From Candidatus Woesearchaeota archaeon (lineage in GTDB: Archaea > Nanobdellota > Nanobdellia > Pacearchaeales > GW2011-AR1): 47,462 nucleotides of DNA. The stretch covers positions 2,629 through 50,090 of the forward strand of contig CAYIRC010000003.1 of the NCBI GenBank assembly GCA_964365855.1, written 5' to 3'. The notes under the pieces are model-generated. The model saw nothing but the letters and a program-made list of their open reading frames with translations. It searched no databases and was not told the DNA's origin. The translations under genes and the position numbers were made by a program. Shown here in pieces: positions 7,950 to 21,700 of the stretch; position 1 is the stretch's first letter, and every line of letters starts with the position of its first letter.

Positions 7950-9719
7950 ATTGGATTCTTTATTTTTCTTTGCCAAATGCACACCTTGCTTTTTTTCTTT
8001 ATGTTTTATTTCAGGCAGTGCATGTTTTGGCTTGTGCTTATGGTGATGAATTATATTTTTTTTATTCGCAATGTTTTTGTATTCAAATTTAGGTTTTAAA
8101 TAAGCAAAAGATTTTTCAACTTCTTCAATAGGCCATCCCTGTTTTAATAAAGGCTCTTTTATCTCATAATCATCAAACCCTCTTTTGCGCGCCTCTCTGA
8201 TAAATTCAACAACTCCTTTATTTGGCTTTTTGGCTTTTTGCTCATTCTTATTGCCTTTTATTTTTTTATTCGCAATGTTTTTATGCTCGCGGACTTCAGG
8301 GCTCTTGTGCTCCTGCTTATAACTAAATTTTTTATGAAAATGCTTTTCTAAAGGTTTTTTAATTATTTTACTCTCTTCTTCGTTTTTGGCTTTGGCGCTA
8401 TTATAAGTAATATCTGCTTCAATTTCAGCGCTGGATTTGTCAGCAGCCCTGGCAACTTCAATCTCTTTCAAGCTCTGCTCAATTTGCTCATTTCCTTTTC
8501 CAGAATTATCCTGAATTCTTTTTACATTTTCATGCACCTCTGGCTGGCTTGTCTCAAGCGGTTTTGAGACTTTAGGGTTAACCTCAAGATTTTGCAATTT
8601 GAGCTTATTGTCATTATCAATCATTTTCCTTGCTTTTACAGAAATTTTTCCTTTTATGCCAACCTTTGCTTTTATCTCTGTAATCTGTCCTGCAAGCGCG
8701 TCCAATATTCCCAGGATGGAGTTTAATCTATTGTCATAATCGCTGACTTTTTTTATATGGTCGTCCCCAATGCTGATTGCAAGGTCTGCAATATCTCGTT
8801 TATTCTGCTGGGAAATTCCAAGAATAGTTTCAATAATTCTTCCAAGCCGCTCATTCTCATCCCTTAATCTTTCAACAGAGTTCAAAATCATCTCAAAATT
8901 GACAAACCTTTCACCAATTCTTTTCTTAAAATCATTAAAATCATTTTGGTTTACAATATTGCTAAAGTCAACTTTAAATTTTTCAACTTCTTTTACCATT
9001 CCAGAATAATTTGCATCAAGCATCTTTACAAGCTCGTGTATCTTTTGGCTCTCTGCAACTCCTCTTTTCATCTCAGAAAATAGCTGCTCTGTCTTGTCAG
9101 AATACATTCTCGATTTCGTCGCCATTTGCTGCGCCCCAAGCAATTCGCTTTTTACATCCTGGTTTAGTTTTATCAGTTCAGCTGTTCCAAGAAAAGTCCC
9201 CATCTTGCTCCTTATTTCCTTTAGCTCTCTCATAACAACATCCATAAACTGCTTGTTCGACTCTATCTTTTCGCTTAATGCCTCAACCTTCATTTCAACT
9301 TTCTGGAAATCAATCCTTAATTTTTCCGGCTCAACTTCGCTGACAATATCAATTGCCCGTGCAGATTCAACTTCGATTTTTGAAATTGCCTTTTCATTCG
9401 AGATATTCATCCCTCTTAATTCACCAACCTGCTGGCTTAATGCGCCCATTCTCTCATTATATCCTTTAATCAGCTCATTCATAGACTCAAGTCTTGAAAA
9501 TACCTTTTCAAATTCAAGCATTGTTCTTTCACTGCTTGCAGAATAACTTTCAGATTTTAATTTTCCCTTGCCCTTTTTTTTGCCAGATTTCCCAATATCT
9601 TCTTCTATGTCATCATTCTCAAAATCAGTCTGCTCTGGCTCTGGAATTTCAGTGCTGATTGCTTCCTTCCCCACATCAGGCGGAATATCTTCTTTTTTCT
9701 TTTTAAAAAATTCAAACAT
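7923..9719 (-). CDS. Long coiled-coil protein with low-complexity charged tail
   Basis: Heptad-rich aa ~65-350; start codon overlaps the giant gene's stop (TAATG). Confidence 0.75.
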   Translation of the reverse strand: MFEFFKKKKEDIPPDVGKEAISTEIPEPEQTDFENDDIEEDIGKSGKKKGKGKLKSESYSASSERTMLEFEKVFSRLESMNELIKGYNERMGALSQQVGELRGMNISNEKAISKIEVESARAIDIVSEVEPEKLRIDFQKVEMKVEALSEKIESNKQFMDVVMRELKEIRSKMGTFLGTAELIKLNQDVKSELLGAQQMATKSRMYSDKTEQLFSEMKRGVAESQKIHELVKMLDANYSGMVKEVEKFKVDFSNIVNQNDFNDFKKRIGERFVNFEMILNSVERLRDENERLGRIIETILGISQQNKRDIADLAISIGDDHIKKVSDYDNRLNSILGILDALAGQITEIKAKVGIKGKISVKARKMIDNDNKLKLQNLEVNPKVSKPLETSQPEVHENVKRIQDNSGKGNEQIEQSLKEIEVARAADKSSAEIEADITYNSAKAKNEEESKIIKKPLEKHFHKKFSYKQEHKSPEVREHKNIANKKIKGNKNEQKAKKPNKGVVEFIREARKRGFDDYEIKEPLLKQGWPIEEVEKSFAYLKPKFEYKNIANKKNIIHHHKHKPKHALPEIKHKEKKQGVHLAKKNKESNHSKLGGIL

Positions 9720-12700
9720 TATAACTTGTCAACCTCTTTTTTAAGTTCCTCAATTTCCTGTTGAACTCCTTCTGCATCTTTCCTGTCAACTTTTTTTATC
9801 CCTTTTAATCTGTTCTGCAGGTCACTGAATTTATTTTCAACATTTGCTGTATTCTTGCTCTTTTTCTTGTCTGCAATCGCTCTCTTTATTTTATCAAGCT
9901 CTTCAGATATTGATATTTTTACTTCGGGATTTTTCTTTATATATTCTGCTCTTTCTTTCTCAGCCTCGCTGATTGCTTTTTCAACTTCAGACTTTTCAAC
10001 TTTCTTTGCTACAAAATGCCTTACTCTCTTTCCAAGTTTCTTCCATGCATCATCAAACTTAGGAGTCAAAGACTCAAGATACATATCAGCCATCTGAAAC
10101 TGTCCGGACTTGATTTTTGATTTTGCAAGCTTCAGCTCAAGCTCAAGGTCAAGTACATCAACTTTCTCTTTCTTTAATTCCTCAACCTGATAATCCAAAT
10201 CCTCAACAATATCAAAATATTTCTCATAATTCTTCAATTCATTATTGCTTAATCTCCTAGTGCTGTGCAATAATGGCCTGAAAGCAATAAAATATGGCTT
10301 CCCTAAATTAAATTCTGCATTAACAACCATTCCAGTTCCAATCGGCTCTTTGACAACTGATTTCAAAATATCTTCTCCATATTTCATATTAACTCTTTCC
10401 AAATCACCCTCATACCTTGTTCCCATCTGCACTTCAGTTCCAATGTTTGCCTTAATTTCTCCAACAAAATCGCTTAATACTTGCGAGATTAATACCAATC
10501 CAATTCCCCACTTTCTGAATTCTCTTGCTCCTCTTTCAAGCTGAATAAAGCCCTGTCCCGTCCCACCGAACTTTGGCAATAATCTGTGAACTTCATCATA
10601 AACAATCAATGTCTTAAGCTCTTTATTTTCATCCGGCTCTGACTTGAATATCTGGTCAATTGTGCTTGCTACAACAATGTCAATTTCTTTAGGCGTTAAA
10701 TGGCTTATATTAAATACAGTAATTTCACCCGGCCTGTTCATATATTTCTTTATGTCAATCATTTCATATGGGTCATGTATTGTCTTTATGCTTCCATCAA
10801 ATGCCCTTGCTTCTCCTGTCTTCATGTCAAAGAAGCCATATCTCTTTAACATTCCAGAATCCTCGCACTTTCTCAAAAACCCGGTCCACTGTGCAGTTGG
10901 GTCAAATACAATAACGCTCTTCTTATTTACAAGCGCTGCCTCAATAATATCCTGCGCAGCAACTGTCTTTCCGCTTCCTGTTGAGCCTGCAACAAAAGTA
11001 TGCATCTGGAGTTTATTCAAATCTATAAATGCCCTTATGCCTGTTTCTGCAACTTTGCCGACAAATGCAGAATTAGGCCCTGCCTGCGGCAGCTTATTAA
11101 ATTCAACTTTCATCCTGAATCTTCGCTTCTGCCATTCAATATATCTCAAATAATAAAATGCACCAACTATCAGTCCAATTATAAGCAGTGCAACTAAATA
11201 TATCCAAAGTTCAATTCCAACTATGCGCATTTTGAAAATAGAGTAATTTACATTTACATATGCAATTGAACTTGCCTGCTGGTTTTCTTCTTCCAAGCTG
11301 GAGTAATAAGCAGTTCCTTTAAGAAGATATTTCCCAAGAGGGGTGTCACTAGGAACTTTAAATTCCTTAATCATGCTTGTTGATGTTTCAACTGCAAATG
11401 CTTCTTCTTGCCTCCCGACCAATGCGCCTGTTTCAGCATCAAGCATTTGCATGTCAAACTGAACATCAATTCTCTTTGTCTTTCCTAAGTTAAGCAAGTC
11501 TAACTGATATCTTAATACATCCCCAGGTGCAACCCTTTCCTGCAATGGTTGTATCTTAACATCAAGCAATTTTCCTTCAGGCGATAGAACTTTAATTGTA
11601 ACAGGAATTTCACCTTGCTTGTCTCCTGACTTGAATAAAATTGTCCCGTCATATTCAGTTGGCTTCTGGAACTTTGGTATTACAATCTTTACCAATACAT
11701 CTCTTATTTCATTTGGCTCGAGCTCAATTGTTGATGTTTCAAAAAAGATAAATGGTTGTATGTCTCCTGTTGCTTCAAGAGACATAATACTCTTTGAATT
11801 CAAGGTATTAACAAACTTCATCCTAAATGAAGATGAGTCTCCTGCAAATAGTTCCTTGTAAATAGAAGTTATCTCAACCTTGATTCCAGCTATATTTACA
11901 CTGCTCTTGATTAAGTTCTCTATCTTTGACAAATCCCCGCTTCCTAATCCTCCTCCACCGCCAGAGCTTGAAGCAGGCAGACTAACAGTAAGTGTTGGGC
12001 AGTCATTTGAACATGTCGATGTAGTTTCTCCATATGTTGTTTCACACAACCCATTTCCACACTTTTTTTCAGCAAGGAAATAAGAGCTAAATCCAGTTGA
12101 ATTTCCTGTAACCTGCTTTGTGTCTCTGTCAATTGAAGATACTATCGCGCTCCATCCACCATTGCATTTTCTCAATGAATAATTCCAGTCAGCGCATTTT
12201 ACAACCGCAAGCTGGCTTGCTTCATCATAACTATATCCTGTATAGTTAAATATAACATTAACAGTATTTGTGCTCAGATTAGTTGAATTCAAAGATATTC
12301 CAATAAATGGCTTGTACAGTGAGATTACTTCAGCAAGGTCATTGCCATTCATTTTATGCATATTTAATGAAATTCCTGAATTAGTAATATTTGTTAAATT
12401 AACATTTCTGACAATAACTTTATCTCCTGAAATCAGGGCATGCAGGTCATAATTCATCTTATTGACAGAAAGTGTTGTTCTCCCATCACTTCCGGTTATG
12501 TTATTAACTAAAACATTTGTCTTATTCAGTCTTGCTAAGCTTATATTTACCCCGGCAACAGGGTTATTATTGTAATCAATCATTATCAAAGCCCAGTTGT
12601 ACCTGTCATAAACTTCAAACCAGTCTTCAGTTGTATTTACATTTCCAGTTGTGTCATTTGCACTGTAATTCACAATGTATTCTCCAGCACTGTTTAAAAT

Positions 12701-15700
12701 AAATGAACTAAGATTATACAACTGTCCATTGCTTAATGTTAGAGTATAATTGCTGATAGTCCCATTTGGAGAAGTTACAGTTGCAATTACTTTATCAACA
12801 GCAACATTATCAGTTACATTTGCACTTAAGTTAATATAGCTTGATTTTTCTATGCTGTTTCTCGCAATGCTGTTAAATACAGGTGGTGTAACATCTCTGT
12901 AAGCAATTGAATTCGCAGATATTTTGCTTACTTCTCCGTAAACTGCATGAGTTAGTGTCAAGGTTAAATTATAAGTCATTCCATTTGTAATGCTAGGTGC
13001 AGTGCATGTTATATTCCACCATACATTTGAGCTGCTATAAACAGCACTTAAGCTGCTGCATGAACTTCCTCCAATTATTGCACTCCACACAGAATCGCTT
13101 GAAACAACATCCCCAGAGAATGTTGCATTGGCTAAAATTTGTATTGCACTTCCTGCAGTTGCGCCCGTTATCTGGTTTACTGATGTTGGATAAATTATAC
13201 TTATGTTCAAGTTTGTTGCAGTTAAATTAACACTAACATTAATTTGTACAGGAATTGCGCTTGAATTAGTCATTGTTATAATTGTAATATAGCTCCCATC
13301 AGCAGAAGGGCTTGTATAATTAACCATAAAGCTTCTGTTTGCATTAAGTGGAACTTCTATGCTTGACATATTTGGAACTACAATTGAGCTATTTGTGCTA
13401 TTCAATAAGAATGTAATATTTACATTTCCTGTATTGCTTATTGTAATTTCTCTAATTGTTCCTGATTGTCCGGCAGCCTTTGTTGAATTAATTAACAATG
13501 GGCTTGCGCTCCATGTCAGACTTTCAGGCACAACAATAGAAATATTAATTGTCCTTGATATATTCTGCTCTGTAACATTGATTATTCCAGAATAAGTTCC
13601 TGCAGATTTTCCAGAGCCCGCAGTTGAATTTATATTTACAATCCTCGAGCCATTTCTTGCAATTGCAAAATTGCTTTCATTAAATGTAATTGTAAATCCA
13701 GTGCATACCTCTCCTGAAACGCATACCAGATTCATCCCAGTCAAGTTATCATTTCCAGTATTATTTATTGCTAACGCTGACCAGTTGGAGCTTCCTGATA
13801 AGACACTTATATTAACAATAGAAGAATCAAAGCTTATGCTCTTATTGCTCAAAACATTCAAAGTTAAAGTTCTTGCAGTTGTTTCTATGCTTGTGTCTGC
13901 ATGCATATACCTTAAGCTTGCAGTTACACTATAAGTTCCAGGCCATGTCAATTTACTAACATTAATTTGTACAATCTTGCTCTGGCTGCTTCCTAAACCA
14001 ACAGTTCCAAAGCTGTAATTATTAAGGCTCATTATAATATCTATACTGCTATTGGCTAATGTTAAATTAACATCATATGCATTTATATTTCCTGTATTGT
14101 TTAAGCTGTAATTCACATAAACCATATAATTATTGGTTTTGTCAATTCTGGAAATATTCAAGTCAGATATATTTTCATTAAAGTTTATGCTCGTCGTCCC
14201 ATAAGCAGTAAAGTTATAAGCTATTGATGTATTCTTCTTTGCTCCTGTAGAATACACAGTTGCATAAGCATAATAAACACCAGATGTCAAAGGCGTGAAA
14301 TTACCTGTATAATTCAGCACTGTCTTATACTGCCCTCCAGTAAATTCACCTGCAGTTGAATTCAAAGGAATTGCAGCTATGATTGTGTCAATGCCTCCTC
14401 TTGTTACATTTATGCTGTTTCCAGTTAGATTTAATCCAATTGCATCTGTTGCCCTAAACTTTATTGTAACATTCTTGTTAACTTCTGCCTTTGTACCATA
14501 AGCACCATCAAGCAAGAACCATATTCCAGTTATTTGAGGAGGAGCAGGCACAATCCAAAACGCATCCTTAACATTTACTGATATAGGGGATGCACTCGCA
14601 TTTGCAATATTCATATTAACTACAACATTACTCAATTCCTGCTGGCTCCATCCATTTTGATAAAGAGTTATTGTTGTATTGCTTCCCTTTGTTGCATTTA
14701 TTAATGTAGGGTTGTAAACCAGTCCATTAACATTCTTATTTTCTTCAAATAATCCTGAATATAAAGTATAATCTTCCTCGCCAGTTAAAGTTCCTTGGGA
14801 ATAAGTAATTGCAAATGTCATATTAACATTTCCTGTATTCACAACACTGAAATTCCCGATTTCTCCAGCAGTGCTTAGCCCAAATGTTTTGTTATATGTT
14901 AAATTTGTGCTAGGTGTTAAATACCAACTTGTATTTGTAGGAACCTCAACCCTTATCGTTAAATTCTTTGACCCTGCGTTTGCAGAAACAACACTCACAT
15001 TTCCGGTATAATTTCCAGGGCTTGTATATAATGGCACACTTATATTTACACTTGCAGAAAAGCTTGTCCCTGCAATAAGCCCTGCATAAGTGCTTGGAGT
15101 GATATTAACCCATGAAAATGGAAGGGTCTCATTTACAAAAGATAATGTTATTTCAGTCACAGTGTCTGTTCCAATTGATTGCACTAAAAATGAAAAGTTC
15201 TGTGACCTCCCTTGCTGCACAGTCCAGTTAGAGCTATAAGCAGACAAAGCCATTGTTGCATTTAATGAAACATTAATATAACTTGTAGCTTGTATGTAAG
15301 TTGCTCCTCCTGCAATGCTTCCGTCATTATCACTCCAATTTCCTCTCCATGTAATATATAATGGGTCAACTCCACTTCCTCCTCCCCTTCCTCCTGTATT
15401 TCCATCAACAGTAATATTCATAATTGCATTGCAGCTTTGTCCAGGCCACACTTTACTGCACGGAGTTATTTGAGTAACATTCTTTACATCGCCTGACTTT
15501 GCAGCAGCCCATATATAAGCGCTGTTCATCGAAGCATTGCCTGTATTGTTTATAGTTACATTCCATAAATATGAATAATCAACGCCTGCCTGCAGGTCAG
15601 AAATAACTTTATTATTAGAGCCTATATTGCCTGATGTATTTCTCTGCTCTAAATAGTCTAAATAGCTGACAGACGCATTTCTATAATATCCTGTTTCATT

Positions 15701-18700
15701 ATTTGCAGTAATATTAATTGTATAATTTCCATAAGTTGGATTTGTTGCAACAGTCCAAGCATATGAATACGTGCACAAAACTCCGCCAGAGCACGTATAG
15801 TTTGTTGAATATCCTGCCTTATATATTGTAATTGTAACACTTCCATTTATCACTCCATTTGTATCAGTTCTTGTAAAATTAGGGTAAACTATATACTGGC
15901 TCAAGCTTCCAGTATAATTTTTTGTAACAGCATAAGGAATATCTGTCCTCGCCCATACAGTTATATTTGTTGAATTCGCTCCAACAATTCCCGTATTTGG
16001 ATTTTGCACAACACTAATTTCCAAAGGCAAAATTCCAAGCGCATCAGTTGGAATTGTTATATTATAGTCATACCCTCCGCTTGAATTAGTTGTTGCATTG
16101 AAATAAGAAATATTCACTGCATACAATATCGGAGTGACATTAAAATTTGTTGTCTCAAAAATTGCCTTGTACTGCAGATATCTCTTGCTATATGAAGTAA
16201 TGCTGTTGTCTAAATTATTTGTAAAATTACTGCTCCAGTCAGTCCATGTAACATTATCATCGCTCTCTCTCAACTGCACTTTAATTGTCTGCTCCGATGT
16301 ATTCTGGTCCCACTTCAAAACAGTATAAGTCATATTAGCCAAGTCAATTGCCCGTGAAACAAAATTCCCGCTTGAGTTATACTGCCATTGTGTATAGCTG
16401 ATATTATATTCACTAATTGGGTTTTCAGCGCCTGTTGCTGTATTTGCAACTGACTTCAGCATAACATAAAATTCATTTCTTCCATTAACAGGAGCACTTC
16501 CTCTTATCATCGCTCCTATTGATGTTGAAGAATTCATTAAATTCCATGAAGTTGCATTATAACTATACCATATAGATGTATTTCCATTACCGTCATTTCC
16601 AGTTGATGCAGTTAAAACATTTACAGATGCATTGTAAAATGCAGTTGGAGAAGTATACCTATAAGTTATATTTCCAATATTTGAAGTCATTGAGTCAACC
16701 TCAAATATTCTTCCATCCCCTGTTCCTGCATATCCAATACTGCTGTAATTATAAGCATCTGTAACATATTTATTCGTCGAGTAATTATCATTATAGCTCA
16801 TTCCACCGCTTGCACTTGTTAAATTCAATTTCACAACACTGCTTATATTCACGCTTGTTCCATTTCCAGCTGTAAAGCTTGTATCTCCAAGCATATCTGA
16901 AGAAACAGTCACCCCATTCAGCTTCATTACAAACCTATTATTCCCAATTGCCCAGCTATCGCTTCCATTCCATCTCTTAATCAATCCGCTAACAGGCACA
17001 ATGTCAGTTGTATTTACAATAAGTGATTGCGGAGTAATTTTTATTGACGTATTCTGCACCGAAAAGTTCGAATAAACATTCTCAAACAGCATCTGGCTGT
17101 TTGTAAGGTTTGCTTTGAATGTTACATTATAATCACCCAATCTTCCAGAAGTCGAGTATGTCGCATTCCATATTTCTACACTGCTATTTCTTAAAGTAAC
17201 ATTTGCATAAGCCCCATCAGGCCTTTTAATTTCAGCCCACACTTTGCTCAACGAGCTTCCTGTATAACTTGAAGCAGGAATATTTAATGTTAAATTAACA
17301 CTCTCATTATGATTTACATAAATCTTTCCAGTTGTTAATCCAATGCTTGAGCCATTTATCATGCCAGCTGAAACTAACTGCATAATAACATCATCTTGTA
17401 TGTTTGTCGTCAGATTCACAGATGTAATATTAATTGAATACCCGCTTGCAATTGTAGTTACATTGTATGGCGTCACATAAAAAGTTCCTGTTGTATTTTG
17501 CGTGTATTCTGTCAAATTCTGCCTTGTAATAAATCCATTCGCAGCAGTCAATTCGCTGAATGCAGTTGTCCCATTCACATACTGCCCCGTCACATTTGCT
17601 CCTGACAAAGCACTGCCCGCAGTGCTTGTCACATTCACATCAAGATAATACAAATTGTAAAGAGTAAAGTCCGCATCATTTATTGAAGTGTCTGATTTGT
17701 TGAATGTTACATTCAATAATTTAAGATAAGAGCCGGCTGTAAGAGCAGTATCAGCATAAATATCAACAGGATTTGAAGTGCTGTTATAAACATTTATTAT
17801 TCCATTCTCAATAGTTGCATTTACTTTGTTTGTATTAATATAAATCCCATAAGAGGTTCCTCCCCCGCTTGAATTTATATTCAAATTCCTGAACAAGTTA
17901 TCATAAGCATTTCCTGATATCCGCAATCCATAAGCAGCATCACCCCATGTATTTGCAACTGCTAATTTTTCAATATAATTATTCGAACTGCCGGAAATCC
18001 AAATCCCAGATACGCCTGCTCTTGAATTTGTGATTGTGCTGTTGATGATATTATTTGCATTTGAGCTGGAAGTTAAATAAATAGCGCCGCTAGGATCTGT
18101 GCTGTATGTACCTGATGTTGAGATATTGCTGTTTGTTATATTGGAGTTGGAACTTGAAACAAAATAGATTCCATGAACAGCATTTGCTCCAGAAGTACTA
18201 ATTGTATTATTATCTAATCTTGAATAATTGCTGCTTGATAAATAAATGCCATTACCATTGCTCTGTCCGCCAGATAACCCGCGGATTATATTATTGGTTA
18301 TGCTTGAACTGCTGCTGGAAATAAGCTGAACACCCTTATTTGGGTTTAAAATATTAATGCGGCTGTTATTTATAGTAGCATTGGGGCTTGAATACAAGTA
18401 AATAGCATTTCCTACTGATGTTGTTATATTGCTGTTTAAAATCCGTGAATTATTGCTGTAAAACATTGCAACACCATCTGCACTAAAGTTGCTGTTTTGA
18501 ACAGTTATATTATTGCTCCATGCAACAATAACCTGCCCGTAACTATTATCAATTCCTTCGAATACTAAATTATTCTGGGCAAATGTGTAATTTAGAGGCA
18601 ATCCTTCAACCAGATTAGTTGAGTCAAGGGTATTATTGTAGTGTTGAAAAACGCCAAAAATATAAAAAGCATTTTCCTGGCTATTATTAATCCTATTGCC

Positions 18701-21700
18701 GCTAAAGCTATTGTTAGAGCTATTAATCAGATAAACACCAAATATACTAGATGAAAGTGTTGAAATCACATTCTGCTGTATAATGCTGTTATTTGTATTT
18801 TCCTCATAGATTCCATACTGGCTGTCAGCACGAAGATTTAATGTATTATTTGCAACAAAAGCATTGTCTGAACTTAGAAGATAAATTGCTTTCTGAACAG
18901 AAAGATAACTGCTGCTGATATTTATAGTATTATTCTGAATAATGCCATTCAAAGCATTTCGATAATAAACAGCATGCCTATTTAGCGTATTAGCTGGCCC
19001 CAAGCTATCAATGATTCTGCAATTTCTGACATTAGTAAAATTCTTATTGGAATAAACACCATATCCAGGATTTCCTCCTAGATTTGATGTACTGTAATTA
19101 ACCATATAGCCCTGGCAATCCAGAGTCACAGAATTCGCAGTAACATTAAAGCAAGTCCCTGTTGTATTCACATCATTCTGAAGATAATAAACATGGTTTG
19201 TCCAGTTCAACTCCCCGCATGCTCCCATTCCTGCTGTTGTGCCTGTGCATGTTGTCTGATATATCACAGCATCAGGATTAAATATAGCATTATTAAAACT
19301 GCTTCCACAATCAGTATAATTCAGGGTTATCTGCCCCTCTGATGTCCCTGCCACCGACGCATTTATGCGAGATGCATTATAAATCCCACTCAAAGTTAAA
19401 AGCGGAGCTGTAATATTTATCCTCTGCCCCCAATCACTCCCTCCCGCACTTGTTCCATTATATCCAACAACACTAATGTTCCCCGATGAAGTTATAGAAG
19501 TTGAGGCGTTGATGTAGACAGTGCCGCCGGAACCTGGATAGTTACTTAAACCACCTTTATTATTGATTATTCCAGAAAAAGAAATATTTCCTGTTGAAAT
19601 TAAAGCTATTCTACCTCCGCCACCCGCATAATAATCATCAGAAATAAATCCCGAGGAAGCATTTAAAATTCCTGTTCCAGATATGTTATTTGCCTTAATC
19701 CAAATTGAACCGCCTGAACCTGAATTAAGAACATCAGAAGTACTTTTCATATCAATCAAACCATTAACAACAATTTTATCTAATGACTCTAATTTAATCG
19801 CAGAACCTGCGAAATTACCTGCATTGGAAGAACCCCCACCACTCCCCAAACTTACTGGCTCTGTTTCACTTCCGTAGGTATTCTTATTTGCATTTCTCCC
19901 TTTGCCTCCATATGTCCCTCCAGCATTATTATTTCCATTTCCAGGTCCAACATTCGCAGGAAACCCCAACCCAACTCCATCCAGCACACTTCCACTTGTA
20001 ATCGTAATATTACTGCTTGCATTAATCCACACGCCTCGTCCATCATCTGTCTTATTGTAACAAGTCACAGGATTTGTTGCATTGTAAAAACAATCTCCGT
20101 AAATTGTCATGTTGTATCCATTTGTATTAAAATTCCCAAGAACATTTGTAACATTTCCTTCGCCATAATTTCCCCCAAGTAATCCTATATTGCCTGTTAA
20201 GTTCCAATCACCAGGCCAGGTGTTATTTGTGAATGTTAAAGAACCAGATTTTCCAGAAAAAGGACTAGATTCAAATAAATTAATTTTACCTGTATAACTC
20301 ATTGAATTTCTATATTCTAGTCTGATTCTTCCTCCACCACCTGCCCACTCTGTTGTTGTATGTCCTCCAAATGCATTTAAAATTCCACTTCCAGAGATAT
20401 TATTTGCTTTTAACCAAATTGAACCGCCTGAGCCTGAATTACCATTAGTAACCCCACTCATATTCACACTTCCATCAATTATAACTGAATCTCCTTGTAA
20501 TTTGATAGCCGAACCAGCAGCTGAATTTCCTCCACCACTACCTAAACTCGTCGGTGCTGAAGCATTTCCATAGATAGACGGAACATACTGTTCACTACCA
20601 CCTTTGCCACCATAAGTTCCTCCTGTAGTAGAACCACCAGGTCCAATTAATTTAGTAAACCCCAGCCCCACTCCATTCATCTTCCCACTAACTCCAATAC
20701 TAATATTCCCACTCACGCTTCTCCATTCCTGCCCATGCCCATCTGCAGTTATATTTCTCATTCCTAAAGCAGTATCATTATACGCATCTCCATAAATCTT
20801 CATGGTTCCATTGCCAATGTAAATATTATTTGTAACATTCCAGAGCTGTGTCCCTGCCCAAGTTCCCCAAGTTCCCTGTGCAAATAAGGGCTGGAAATAA
20901 ATTGTTCCAGAACCATAGCTTTCATTAACAGTAAAGCTGTTCAGATTTTGAGGCATTGTGTTGTTTGTTATGTTCACACTAGCTAACCCAGTTGAATTAA
21001 ACACTAAACTATCGCCAGGAGCAGGAGCTCTTCCCAAACTCCAGCACGACGCATTATTGAAATATTGTGTTCCAGAAGTGCAGTTCCATAAATTAGTTCC
21101 AGGTGAACAACTCCCGCTCACATAAATTGCAGCAGGAGCAAATGTTGCTTTTGTTGTATCGCTTCCAAAACAATTGGTATAGCTTAGTGTAATGGTTCCA
21201 TTAACATTAGTATCGCTCATATTTAATTTTGAAGCATTATAAATCCCAGATAAAGTTAAAAGAGGTGAAGTTATATTAATTCTCTGCCCCCAATCTGCTC
21301 CAAGTGAGCCATTATATCCGACAACAGATATATTTCCTGAATGAGTAATTGATGTTGTGGCGTTGATGTAGACTGTGCCGCCGGAACCAGGACTGGTTAT
21401 ACTATATGGCCCATTACCGCCACGACTAGAAATTACTCCAGAAAACTCGATTGCCCCTGTTGAAATCAATGCAATTCTTCCGCCGCCGCCGCCAGTTTCT
21501 GACCCACTTCCACCAGTAACATTAATATTCGCAGTTCCAGAGATAGTGCTCGCCTTCAAAAGAACACTTCCCCCGGAACCACCAGCCCACTGGCTAGTAC
21601 CCCTCATATTAATTGTTCCATTTGCCACAATATTTCCAGAAGATTGGAGCACAACAGCAGAGCCGCCAAATTCTCCTGGCAAAGAAGTGCCAGAAAAACT

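Noticed and set aside
7859-8092. 77-aa plus-strand ORF
   Set aside because: It is translated from palindromic repeats and lies antisense to a real gene.
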